From: Candidatus Omnitrophota bacterium | GTDB taxonomy: Bacteria > Omnitrophota > Gorgyraeia > Pluralincolimonadales > Pluralincolimonadaceae | Assembly: GCA_028716565.1 (NCBI GenBank) | Contig: JAQUPL010000001.1 | Location: 147,545-211,544, forward strand | Length of the DNA stretch: 64,000 nucleotides | Direction: 5' to 3' | Shown here: in pieces, positions 48,578 through 56,711 of the stretch | Numbering within the stretch: the stretch's first letter is position 1 | Layout: every line of letters begins with the position of its first letter | Made by a program: the position numbers and the translations under genes | The notes under the pieces: generated by a model | What the model saw: only the letters and a program-made list of their open reading frames with translations | Databases searched by the model: none | What the model was told of the DNA's origin: nothing

Positions 48578-48636
48578 ATCATAACCCTTTGCATTTATAA
48601 CTGTTGCAGGGGGTTTTTGTTAGGAGTAAAATAAGA
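48578..48636 (+). repeat. about 58-bp terminator-like repeat element, copy 2
   Basis: AATCATAACCCTTTGCATTTATAACTGTTGCAGGGGGTTTTTGTTAGGAGTAAAATAAG. Hairpin with G-U pairs + T-run. Confidence 0.7.
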
Positions 48637-48726
48637 TTAGTAGCGTGCTCCTAGGCTGAGTACCTCCATAGGCACACTAATAAGGTGTAGATTTTTTGTC
48701 TTAGTAGTATAAGGAATCCCAAATAA

Positions 48727-50535
48727 ATGATTTATTCAATAAAAATTAAAAATTTTAAAAGCATAGGCAAAGAAGAACAAGTTTTAGATAATTTAGGTTC
48801 AGTCAATGTTTTTATAGGAGAGAATAATTCTGGTAAGACTGCAGGATTGGAAATTCTTTGGATTTTTGGAGAAATATTATTGGAGAATTTAGAAACAACC
48901 GGACGCATTAATTCTATCGGGTCTCTCATAGATCAAGAGTCATCTTTCCCAGCCGGCGATATTTTGGATAAAATTAAGACCATATCATCTAATATTGATA
49001 AAATGACTGATTTTGTTCATCAAAATGAAGGTAATATCGAATTAGAAATTGTATTTAATGCAAACGACTCATTTCGTGAGCATGTTAAAGATTTATCAAC
49101 GTCGAAGCGTAATCTTCAAGAAGAAAGGGTGCTAGAAGAAAAGCTAATAAGAGACGTAAAAGATATAGATTTATTAAAATTAAGGTTTATTTTAGATTTT
49201 AATCGACATGTTTTTAGAATAATTCAGGTTGGATGGGGAAATATAAATTTAGTATGCATTGAAAATAATACTTTAAAATATGTAAGTTTGGATGATTATT
49301 TAGCAGATTCGCACTTTCTAATTGAAAATGCGAATCTAAATCGTAATAATAGATTTTTTAATAATGTAATTGTTCCTCAAATACGTGAATTTCTTTCTTA
49401 TCTTCGACGCACCTATTACATTCATTCAAAAAGAAAAATAGACGAGATTATAAAGGTAGATGATGGACGTCAAGGAATAAAAGGTTCAAATCTTAAAAAA
49501 ATAATGTTTGACTTATTTCATGACGGGGACCAGCGACGTAGAGAAAAATACTTTAAAATATTAGAAGTATTTAAAAAAATTGCAGGTAAACAGATTAGAA
49601 GGGATCCTTATAAAGATAGTAGAAAAGTGGATTTAGTATTTGAAGAGGGGAATATAAGCGTAAATATTGATAATTCAGGCTATGGCTATAATCATCTATT
49701 AAATCTTGTATATAATATTATTATTAGCGATGCGAATACGATTTTAATTGATGAACCAGAAATTTCGCTTCATCCTCAGGCACAGCTGAGATTTATTGAA
49801 TTTATTAAAGAAGTCGCAAATAAAGAAAAGAAGCAATTTTTTATTTCGACTCACTCGCCATATTTCATCAGTTTAGAAGCAATAGATAAAGTATTTAAAT
49901 TTACAAAATCTGATACAATAACTCACGTTACAAGAATCAACAATGAAAAGACTGTACAAGCAATAAAAGACAAGAAGGAGGGTATTTTTAATTTTAGACA
50001 TAGAGAATTATTTTTCATGAATAAAGTAATATTTGTTGAGGGGAGTGAGGACCTAGTTGCTTTGCCGCAGTATTTTACTGAGAGCCTATCCATTTCTAGA
50101 GAATGCCTGTATCAATTAGGGGGAATTAATGATGAGAAAATAGCTCTCTTCTCGTCATTTTGTAACGACCTAGGTATAAAATATGCTTTTATATTAGATT
50201 TTGATTATCTTAGAAAGGATACAAACAAGAAGAGGTTTATCCAGGCGCTAAAAAAGATTGAAGAAAAACCCAAATCTACAAATCGGCTTTTAACGTTACT
50301 CGATAAAAATGGACTTAAAGGTAAAAATAAAGAAATGGTAAAAGATATTTGGTTAAAAGATTGGGCTAGTTATTGGAATAAAAAAACGTTGCAAAATCTT
50401 TTGAAAAAATACAAGGCCAATGGAATATTTATTATGCCATTTTACGATGTTAAAATATTAAAAGAAACAACGGCTACAGATTTCGCTTTTGAGGCTAATA
50501 AAATTATTAGTGAAGTTAATGAATACCTTTTGTAG
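48727..50535 (+). CDS. OLD-family ATP-dependent nuclease (ABC-type ATPase + TOPRIM; GajA-like or class-1 OLD)
   Basis: 602 aa, about 30% GC by eye. Walker A GENNSGKT, Walker B/D-loop ILIDEPEISLHP, H-loop STHSP. C-terminal TOPRIM VIFVEGSED and FILDFD. Confidence 0.75.
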   Translation: MIYSIKIKNFKSIGKEEQVLDNLGSVNVFIGENNSGKTAGLEILWIFGEILLENLETTGRINSIGSLIDQESSFPAGDILDKIKTISSNIDKMTDFVHQNEGNIELEIVFNANDSFREHVKDLSTSKRNLQEERVLEEKLIRDVKDIDLLKLRFILDFNRHVFRIIQVGWGNINLVCIENNTLKYVSLDDYLADSHFLIENANLNRNNRFFNNVIVPQIREFLSYLRRTYYIHSKRKIDEIIKVDDGRQGIKGSNLKKIMFDLFHDGDQRRREKYFKILEVFKKIAGKQIRRDPYKDSRKVDLVFEEGNISVNIDNSGYGYNHLLNLVYNIIISDANTILIDEPEISLHPQAQLRFIEFIKEVANKEKKQFFISTHSPYFISLEAIDKVFKFTKSDTITHVTRINNEKTVQAIKDKKEGIFNFRHRELFFMNKVIFVEGSEDLVALPQYFTESLSISRECLYQLGGINDEKIALFSSFCNDLGIKYAFILDFDYLRKDTNKKRFIQALKKIEEKPKSTNRLLTLLDKNGLKGKNKEMVKDIWLKDWASYWNKKTLQNLLKKYKANGIFIMPFYDVKILKETTATDFAFEANKIISEVNEYLL

Positions 50536-50665
50536 CTATTTTTATTATAGAGAATTCGAAATAACTAAAAATAAAATAGGGGAAGTGTCCAAAGGGATAG
50601 GAAATAATGCACAAAATTATCGGACAAAAAGCATATCAACCGAATAATTAAATAAAGGGGGTAAC

Positions 50666-51853
50666 ATGGATCTAATCTCTTGCTTGGAAGATAAAAGAAT
50701 AAATGCGACAAATCTTGCCTTTGAGATCTCAATAGGAAACTATCTTGAGATTGCGTCCTCTATTTTAGACAGTAACATATTTCAGCGCAGACGGGTAAAA
50801 TCCTCATCAACAATTTATGCGCTTTTAAAAGACGATTTAAAGTTGGGGTGCGTTATTCCTCCTCTTGTCCTGGCGTTTGAGGAAGAAATTGATGCCGGCG
50901 ATTTTGTTAAAGAAGCTAAAGCAAAACCAGAATTTTTGGTGAATTTTATGAAAAAGAATATCAAGCATCTTTTGATTTTAGATGGTCTACAGCGCACCTA
51001 TACTCTATTAGAATTACGCGATGAATTGATGAAACAATTCGATGAGGAATTATTAAAAAAAATCCTTAATAGTAATATAAGAATAGAATTATACATTAGC
51101 GTAAATCGTATTGGCATCCTTTACCGAATGTTAACTTTGAATACAGGGCAAACTCCAATGAGCTTACGGCATCAAATAGAGATTCTTTATTCTGATTATT
51201 TGAATGCTGAAGTGGCAGGACTAAGGTTGATATCCGAAGTTGAGGAGCAAAGAGCAACTCATCTTACTGATTATAAATTTAGAGATGTTATGGACGGATT
51301 TAATTCGTATCTGGAACGTAACGAGTTGCCAATTGATAAATTTGAGCTTCTGGAAAATATTAAAGGGTTAGAAAAACTAGCGAAGGAAAATCAAAACCAA
51401 GATATCTTTCGTGGATTTTTACTGTCATTCCATGTATTTCTCATGAAGATGGTTAGTATTGGTGATAATTGGAAGCTTAACCCAGAAGTAGCAAAAAGTT
51501 TTGGAGGCAATCCATTTGGAGTTGATGTTGAATCAATTTTTAAGAAAAATCAAACGTTATCTGCTTTTGGGGCCGCGGTAGGTAGATTGAAGGATTTCGA
51601 TGTTATTGATAATTTTGAGTCCTTAAATCCTATCATCGCCAATATAAAATTTCAGACCAATCCAGACGAAGGGTATAACAAGCTTCTTAAGGTACTTGAT
51701 GACATTCGCTTAAAATCTAAGAAAATTGGTAATGCTCAACGTATGTATTTTCAATACTTCTTTCGTGAATTATTTAATAGCAATACAGATTCTTATGGCG
51801 TAATAGAAGCAGCTGTTGATAATGCTTATCAGAAATACTTAAGCCAAATTTAA
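50666..51853 (+). CDS. DUF262 / ParB-like nuclease-domain protein
   Basis: 395 aa. N-terminal FQRRRV (pFQRxxVW-type) and LILDGLQRTYTL (DGQQR motif). No DUF1524/HNH tail seen. Confidence 0.6.
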   Translation: MDLISCLEDKRINATNLAFEISIGNYLEIASSILDSNIFQRRRVKSSSTIYALLKDDLKLGCVIPPLVLAFEEEIDAGDFVKEAKAKPEFLVNFMKKNIKHLLILDGLQRTYTLLELRDELMKQFDEELLKKILNSNIRIELYISVNRIGILYRMLTLNTGQTPMSLRHQIEILYSDYLNAEVAGLRLISEVEEQRATHLTDYKFRDVMDGFNSYLERNELPIDKFELLENIKGLEKLAKENQNQDIFRGFLLSFHVFLMKMVSIGDNWKLNPEVAKSFGGNPFGVDVESIFKKNQTLSAFGAAVGRLKDFDVIDNFESLNPIIANIKFQTNPDEGYNKLLKVLDDIRLKSKKIGNAQRMYFQYFFRELFNSNTDSYGVIEAAVDNAYQKYLSQI

Positions 51854-51855
51854 TC

Positions 51856-52944
51856 ATGACATTAACAATAGGAGATATGGAAGGGGAAAAAGTTAATTTA
51901 GGATTACCAAACTTTTTGCCTGGTGAAAAAGTTTTTTCTCTAGAGTTTAATGGAGAAGCAATAAATGTGCCATATTTATTGCAGGTGGAGGAACCATATT
52001 CCGCCGATGCGTTTGAAATGCATTTGTTTATTAATGCTGCAACACATGAAAATGATATTTTTCGTGTTTATGAAGTGGAAAGTGGCGAAATAATCGGATG
52101 GTTGTTTCCTGTTCAGGCGCTTCTTTCAGTTGAGCACGATTATGCCAACGATGAATATTTTCTACCTTGTGCTTTTGCTGCTTTTCAAAAGTTATTACAG
52201 GGCGAAGGCTTACCCGCAAAAACCCCGATTTTAAAAACGGAACAACTATCAATTTTAGATTTTTATAATGACAGCGATATCGTTTTATTATTAGCAAAAA
52301 ATCAAATTAGTAAAATAAAAGATTTTAATATCAAATTTTATCTGCCAGATCTTTTTAAGTATGGTTATCGGTATAAAGATAAAATAGAAACTGTGAATAA
52401 ACGAGTCAGTAAATTTTATGAAGAGTTAGATAAAAATATCAAACTACGTAAGATGTCAAGCAGGCTAATTGCTAATACGTATATATATGACTTATTTACT
52501 GATATATTAGATGATAACGATGTCATTCATGCGTTTTTATCTCTGTATCAAGTTATTGAAATAGTTATATTTGACATTTTTAAAGATGAACTGGCGAAGT
52601 GTCTAGATGATTACTCTAATCTTTCTGAAAATGACTATGGAGGCTTTTTCGATATAGGAGACAAGTTAAATTCTATCAAATCAGAAAAGAATCGAGTTGC
52701 AAATTTATTTAATTATACAAACGACACGTTGGAATTACGAGATCTATGCAATAATCTCTTGCAGCAATTAAGTTTAAAAACTGAAGACAACGCAGCGAAA
52801 GCGCTTTATTCTGTTAGGAGTAACTTGGTTCATGCATATCGATTATTTTCTAAGCCGCAAAAGATAATTTTAGAGGAAGTGGTAGAAGAATTTATTGGTG
52901 TTATCATCGATCTTGTTATTTGTTATAAAAAGGACATAAAATAA
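51856..52944 (+). CDS. hypothetical protein with C-terminal HEPN-like Rx4H motif (Abi-like, tentative)
   Basis: 362 aa. LYSVRSNLVHAYRLF resembles the Abi_2/AbiD-F-type lRNxxAHxxRlf HEPN motif. Starts 3 nt after the DUF262 gene's stop. Confidence 0.35.
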   Translation: MTLTIGDMEGEKVNLGLPNFLPGEKVFSLEFNGEAINVPYLLQVEEPYSADAFEMHLFINAATHENDIFRVYEVESGEIIGWLFPVQALLSVEHDYANDEYFLPCAFAAFQKLLQGEGLPAKTPILKTEQLSILDFYNDSDIVLLLAKNQISKIKDFNIKFYLPDLFKYGYRYKDKIETVNKRVSKFYEELDKNIKLRKMSSRLIANTYIYDLFTDILDDNDVIHAFLSLYQVIEIVIFDIFKDELAKCLDDYSNLSENDYGGFFDIGDKLNSIKSEKNRVANLFNYTNDTLELRDLCNNLLQQLSLKTEDNAAKALYSVRSNLVHAYRLFSKPQKIILEEVVEEFIGVIIDLVICYKKDIK

Positions 52945-53014
52945 AAAGCGTGTTTAAAATGGACAGGTTGTAAGTAACGCGCCTCAAGGTCCTAAATAAT
53001 CCCGCCTAAAAATC

Positions 53015-53043
53015 TTGACACCCACACAAATGTGTGGTATATT
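53015..53043 (+). promoter_or_regulatory. lexA promoter with palindromic operator candidate in the spacer
   Basis: TTGACA 53015-53020, perfect palindrome CCACACAAATGTGTGG 53022-53037, TATATT 53038-53043. ATG of lexA at 53051, so essentially leaderless. Confidence 0.5.
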
Positions 53044-53050
53044 CCTGCCT

Positions 53051-53599
53051 ATGAAACCCCAAGTAGAATTGACCGCCAAGCAAGAGAAAGTCCTGAAATT
53101 TATCCGTGAGAGAGTGGGGGAGAACCTGCCTCCGACCATAAGGGAGATAGCAGGGGAGATGGGTTTTGCTTCCACAGGAACGGTTAGGGACTATCTTAAG
53201 GCGCTCCAAAGAAAAGGTTATCTCAAACGTGAAAACAACAAGTCCCGGGGCATAGCGTTAATAGGCAGTATCGCGGCCGGGGAGCCGAAATTGGCCTATG
53301 AAGATACCGAGGGCTATGTCGAGATCGCCCGGGAGAACACCTTTGCCTTGAAGGTCAAAGGTGAGAGCATGATAGACGCGGGCATTATGGACGGCGACAT
53401 AGCAGTTATCAGGAAACAGAAGACGGCCGACAACGGCGACATCATCGCCGCCTTACTGGATAATAACGAAGTCACCTTAAAAAGATTGAAGACCGGCGCC
53501 GGCAAACCGTTCCTGGAGGCGGCGAACAGGAAGTATCCTCCGATACGTAAAGATTTCACCATCATAGGAAAGCTCGTCAACATTGTAAGAAAGTATTAA
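53051..53599 (+). CDS. lexA: LexA repressor (S24 peptidase)
   Basis: Start at MKPQVELTAKQEKVLKFI (typical LexA N-terminus). The ORF-track TTG start at 53015 is rejected because it is the -35 hexamer. Ala-Gly cleavage site IAAGEP; catalytic GESM Ser and LKRLK Lys. Confidence 0.85.
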   Translation: MKPQVELTAKQEKVLKFIRERVGENLPPTIREIAGEMGFASTGTVRDYLKALQRKGYLKRENNKSRGIALIGSIAAGEPKLAYEDTEGYVEIARENTFALKVKGESMIDAGIMDGDIAVIRKQKTADNGDIIAALLDNNEVTLKRLKTGAGKPFLEAANRKYPPIRKDFTIIGKLVNIVRKY

Positions 53600-53602
53600 G
53601 CG

Positions 53603-53914
53603 ATGCCTATATCAGGCTTCAACCCCAAAGCGCGGTGGGACCGCCACATTCCCGAGACCGAAGACAGTGTCGACCCCGGGATACTGGACGAAAAGATAGA
53701 AGTCCTGGTGTATTTTAAGGGCTTCGGGATCTACCCGCGCGCGTTCATCCGCAACAACAAGGTCCACAGGATAAGAAAGATAACCTATAACTGGCAGGAA
53801 CGCCGCGGCCGGGAGGTCATCAATTTCTTTTCGGTGGATACCGGGACCTGCCTGTACCAGATATCATTTAATAACACGACCTACCGCTGGCAGATAGATA
53901 GGATAATCGAATGA
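53603..53914 (+). CDS. hypothetical protein in lexA-dinB cassette
   Basis: 103 aa, no motif. 4 nt after the lexA stop. Confidence 0.35.
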   Translation: MPISGFNPKARWDRHIPETEDSVDPGILDEKIEVLVYFKGFGIYPRAFIRNNKVHRIRKITYNWQERRGREVINFFSVDTGTCLYQISFNNTTYRWQIDRIIE

Positions 53915-53955
53915 CAGGGACTGTCCCCACATGGGGACGGCCCCTGTCATGACAC

Positions 53956-55116
53956 ATGATCCTGCACATAGACATGGACGCGTTCTTCGCGTCCATTGAA
54001 CAGGCGGCCAATCCGCGGCTCAAAGGCAGGCCCCTGATAGTGGGCACGCGCGAGAACAAGCGCCACACGGTCGTTTGCGCGGCCAGTTATGAGGCCAAGG
54101 CCTTAGGCATCGGCTCAGGGATGCCTTCTGAGGAGGCCTTCAAGATATGCCCGGAACTTAATTTTGTGCCCGCGGAACAGGGAAAATATATCTGGACCTC
54201 GGGCCGGATACTGGAGCTTATCAAAGGATACGGGTTTGAGACAGTTTATGTTTCGATAGATGAATTTCAGGTAGACGTGGGGAACCGTCCGCCTAGCGGC
54301 GGACTGTTATTAGCAAGAGATATACAGCGAAAAATACATGAAAATTTTAGTATAACAGCCTCTGTAGGCATAGCCAAAAATTGCCTCCTTGCCAAACTCG
54401 CTTCAAAGTTAAATAAGCCCAATGGCGTGGCCGCCCTGGACGAAGCAAATTTAGCCGAAATCTTGGCCAAAACACCGGTCGAAAAATTGTGCGGGGTGGG
54501 GGAGAGCACTAAAAAAGTCTTTTGGGATTTGGGAGTAAAAACTTGCCTTGATCTCTACGCTAAATCTCCTGATTTTTTGGAGAAAAATTTAGGCAAAAAT
54601 GGGCTTAATTTATACGCGTCTTTGCATGCGGAAGAATCGCTCAAACCGGTGTCCGAGCCGCGGGATGACGAGCCCAAATCTATGGGCCATTCATATACGC
54701 TGCCCAGATCCACAGCAAATGTTACATTTATTAACGCATGGATACGGCTTCTGAGCGATATGGTCGCGGAGCGCCTGCGCAATGCCGGCCTTGCCGCGGC
54801 CACAGTGCACCTGTGGCTCAATGGCCCTGAGATAGGCAACTTCGGGTGCCAAAAGACCTTCCCGGAAGCCATAGATGACGGCTATGAGATATACCGGCGT
54901 TGCCTTAAGATAATGGCCAAATTAGGGCCAAAAACGCCCAAAATAAGGGCTCTCGGAGTGACAGGCGGCAATCTTACCCATACCAGGTATCCGCCGTTAT
55001 TTGAGGCGCAGAGGAGCCGAGAATCGCTTCTTGGGGCGATGGACCTCATCAATGGCCGCTTCGGGGACGGCTCGATTTATCCCGCCGTAATTACACTTAC
55101 CAGGAAAATGCCTTAA
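53956..55116 (+). CDS. dinB: DNA polymerase IV (Y-family)
   Basis: 386 aa. MILHIDMDAFFASIEQ start and SIDE catalytic motif. Confidence 0.9.
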   Translation: MILHIDMDAFFASIEQAANPRLKGRPLIVGTRENKRHTVVCAASYEAKALGIGSGMPSEEAFKICPELNFVPAEQGKYIWTSGRILELIKGYGFETVYVSIDEFQVDVGNRPPSGGLLLARDIQRKIHENFSITASVGIAKNCLLAKLASKLNKPNGVAALDEANLAEILAKTPVEKLCGVGESTKKVFWDLGVKTCLDLYAKSPDFLEKNLGKNGLNLYASLHAEESLKPVSEPRDDEPKSMGHSYTLPRSTANVTFINAWIRLLSDMVAERLRNAGLAAATVHLWLNGPEIGNFGCQKTFPEAIDDGYEIYRRCLKIMAKLGPKTPKIRALGVTGGNLTHTRYPPLFEAQRSRESLLGAMDLINGRFGDGSIYPAVITLTRKMP

Positions 55117-55262
55117 GCACAAGGGAGTTGTCCACAGCTTATTCCGTGTGCTCACGTACTTAACATAAGATATATTATAGGACGTTGAGCTTGAGAGCAA
55201 ACGGGGCTAAAAAGACGCTGGATTTTGGCTTTTAAGGTAAAGATTTATCGGGGATTTGTGTT

Positions 55263-56045
55263 TCAGGATCTCTTTTTCGACAGTATCTTTGACATCTGCC
55301 GGTGGATCTTTCCGTTTGATGCCAGTATTTCTTTTAGGTAATGGCCATAAGGTTTACCCGAAAATGTGGTCACCTCTCCCCCTGCTTCTTTGACTATGAG
55401 CCAGGCGGCGGCCGTGTCCCAGGGGTTCAGACCTAATTCCCAGTACCCGTCAAGCCTGCCGCAGGCCACATTGCAAAGGTCAAGGCTCGCGCTGCCGGCC
55501 CTCCTTACTGCCTGTGAAACTATGAGGAAACTCCTGAAATGCCTTAGATTTGTCTCCATGGTTTTGCCCAAATTATAGGAAAAACCGGTCATCAAAAGGC
55601 TCTTTTTAAGGTCTTTTTGGGCGCTTACTTTTATGGGTTTGCCGTTCAGGAAGGCGCCCCGGCCGCGTTCGGCGAAGAAAAGCTCGCGGCGTTCGGGGTC
55701 ATATACTATGCCAAGTATAGGTTTTTTGTCTTTTTCAAGGGCTACTGAAATGGAATAAAAAGGAAAACCGTGGGCGAAATTCGTGGTCCCGTCAATGGGG
55801 TCTATTACCCATTTAAGGTCGGAACCCGCCCTTATTTCCCCGATCTCTTCGGACAAAAATCCTATCTCCGGGAATGCCTTGCGCAAAGAACGTATAAGCA
55901 AGCCCTCAACCTCGCGATCGACATTCGTCACGAGGTTTATCGAACCCTTGAAGGCAATGCTCTTGATCTTCCTGCTGTTTTCTTTGAGGTATTTCCCGGC
56001 TTTAAGGACTATCCGGCAGGCGTCTTTACTGAAGCTATTATTCAT
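55263..56045 (-). CDS. inositol monophosphatase family protein (SuhB-like)
   Basis: 260 aa. WVIDPIDGTTNFAHGFP and EE..DxID motifs. Confidence 0.8.
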   Translation of the reverse strand: MNNSFSKDACRIVLKAGKYLKENSRKIKSIAFKGSINLVTNVDREVEGLLIRSLRKAFPEIGFLSEEIGEIRAGSDLKWVIDPIDGTTNFAHGFPFYSISVALEKDKKPILGIVYDPERRELFFAERGRGAFLNGKPIKVSAQKDLKKSLLMTGFSYNLGKTMETNLRHFRSFLIVSQAVRRAGSASLDLCNVACGRLDGYWELGLNPWDTAAAWLIVKEAGGEVTTFSGKPYGHYLKEILASNGKIHRQMSKILSKKRS

Positions 56046-56096
56046 CGAATTTGCCCGCGCCCGGACGCTGGTTACTTCTTCGGGCCCCTATGGGGT

Positions 56097-56663
56097 TTAC
56101 CGGACATACGTTTCTTTCTTCTTTTGGTCCTGAGCCCTCTTGGTACTGCCATCGTTGCCTCCTTTTTTATTTACAGACAGGTGTTTGTCTATGTATTCCA
56201 TAAGCATATTCTGGTGTTTCTTTTCGGTTTCCAGGAACTCAATGCCGACCAGAAAAGTCCGCTTGCCGTCTTTATCGAGGCGCTCAATGCCGTTACAACC
56301 CTCGCACCAGGCGACCTTTCCCCTTAATTTTATGGTCTCTTTTGAGTTTGGTACCGAGATTTCCATATCGATCAGCGAGTCTTTCGGCAGTATCTCGTAT
56401 ACCAAAATGGAAATACCCGACTTGCTTATGTTTTTCGTGTTGGTCATGAAATCAGATCTCGAGGCAGGGATGAGGTTGTATTTAAGGTCGAGTTCGGTAT
56501 CGAAACGTTCGCATCTCCTTCTCTCCTTCTCTCCCGCGCAGTATTCCTCGACCTTCCCGCGCGTGGCGTATTTCTCGTTTATTTTCCTATCTTCCCTGGA
56601 CGAGAGGATATAGATCACGAAAAAGACGACCGCCGTTAAAACGCAAACTAGTATGATGTTCAT
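56097..56663 (-). CDS. membrane-anchored PilZ-domain protein
   Basis: 188 aa. N-terminal TM, then RRRCERF and TKNISKSGISI PilZ motifs. Confidence 0.55.
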   Translation of the reverse strand: MNIILVCVLTAVVFFVIYILSSREDRKINEKYATRGKVEEYCAGEKERRRCERFDTELDLKYNLIPASRSDFMTNTKNISKSGISILVYEILPKDSLIDMEISVPNSKETIKLRGKVAWCEGCNGIERLDKDGKRTFLVGIEFLETEKKHQNMLMEYIDKHLSVNKKGGNDGSTKRAQDQKKKETYVR

Positions 56664-56711
56664 TTGATTTAGAGTATATACGTTATTTTATTACCTGTCA
56701 ATGGATTGCGG

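Noticed and set aside
53015-53050. ORF-track TTG start extending LexA N-terminally (MTPTQMCGIFLP...)
   Set aside because: The TTG is the -35 hexamer itself, and the extension would be translated from the promoter/operator. MKPQVELT at 53051 matches canonical LexA N-termini.
55770-56327. 185-aa + ORF spanning the suhB-like/PilZ intergenic region
   Set aside because: Overlaps two well-supported - strand genes. Low-complexity product.
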